A DNA stretch of 63,022 bases, filler included, from Sluysia triapertura (lineage: Eukaryota), in the NCBI GenBank assembly GCA_046118255.1. It is 5 parts of 5 records of this genome, joined end to end, with 100 filler letters (N's around TTAATTAATTAA, not from the genome) between each part and the next. Parts side by side here need not be neighbours in the genome. Positions count along the whole stretch, not along the records: positions 51,631 to 63,022 come from JBJNIA010185180.1; 4 more parts are not named here. The stretch is one strand, 5' to 3'. Below the pieces are notes generated by a model. It had not been told where the DNA came from and made no database searches. It worked only from the letters and a program-made list of their open reading frames with translations. Both the position numbers and the translations under genes were made by a program. Below are positions 62,950 through 63,022 of this stretch, piece after piece; position 1 is the first letter of the stretch, and each line of letters opens with the position of its first letter.

Positions 62950-63022
62950 ATGAAAATAAACAAAAAAATAGAAGGATAGATTAGTGATAAGGATAAAAGG
63001 AATAGTAATAATGATAACAATT
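62950..63022 (-). repeat. Dispersed repeat fragment matching 27760-27820
   Basis: Reverse complement attgttatcattatta...tttatccttatca...tccttctatt...ttgttt aligns with 27760-27820. Confidence 0.6.

Overview
Very AT-rich eukaryotic scaffold window. It is most likely an invertebrate and plausibly a flatworm/planarian-like genome; this is inferred from gene content, (AAT)n microsatellites and the TE spectrum, not proven. There are five assembly gaps, four of them artificial TTAATTAATTAA spacers. Host genes visible: an ALKBH8/Trm9-type tRNA methyltransferase domain (29.8-30.6 kb), the three 3' exons of an MFS (OxlT/MCT-like) transporter (41.3-45.4 kb), a single-exon LRR-Ig-TM receptor (60.4-62.2 kb) and the 3' part of a MATE transporter (62.3-62.8 kb, minus). 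Most of the rest is decayed mobile DNA: a Polinton-type pPolB remnant, several heavily deleted Gypsy elements, a hAT (Buster/Charlie-like) element with TIRs and a perfect 8-bp TSD, two Tc1/mariner elements, a hAT-Blackjack end and a piggyBac-like MITE. Three observations stand out. (1) A family of strand-biased LTR-like sequences is repeatedly followed by the same hairpin/CCAAT promoter module and by intronless, virus-like accessory genes: two distant paralogues with a CCCH-type zinc finger, plus ankyrin and, less directly linked, LRR and HhH remnants. (2) A ~145-bp TGTT...AACA LTR-like unit carries a tRNA-derived Pol III promoter and terminator, with a 4-bp TSD and a decayed two-LTR TRIM-like copy. 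(3) A repeat family carries a near-perfect heat-shock element, with CCAAT and TATA boxes in one copy. All domain calls are by eye; no searches were run.
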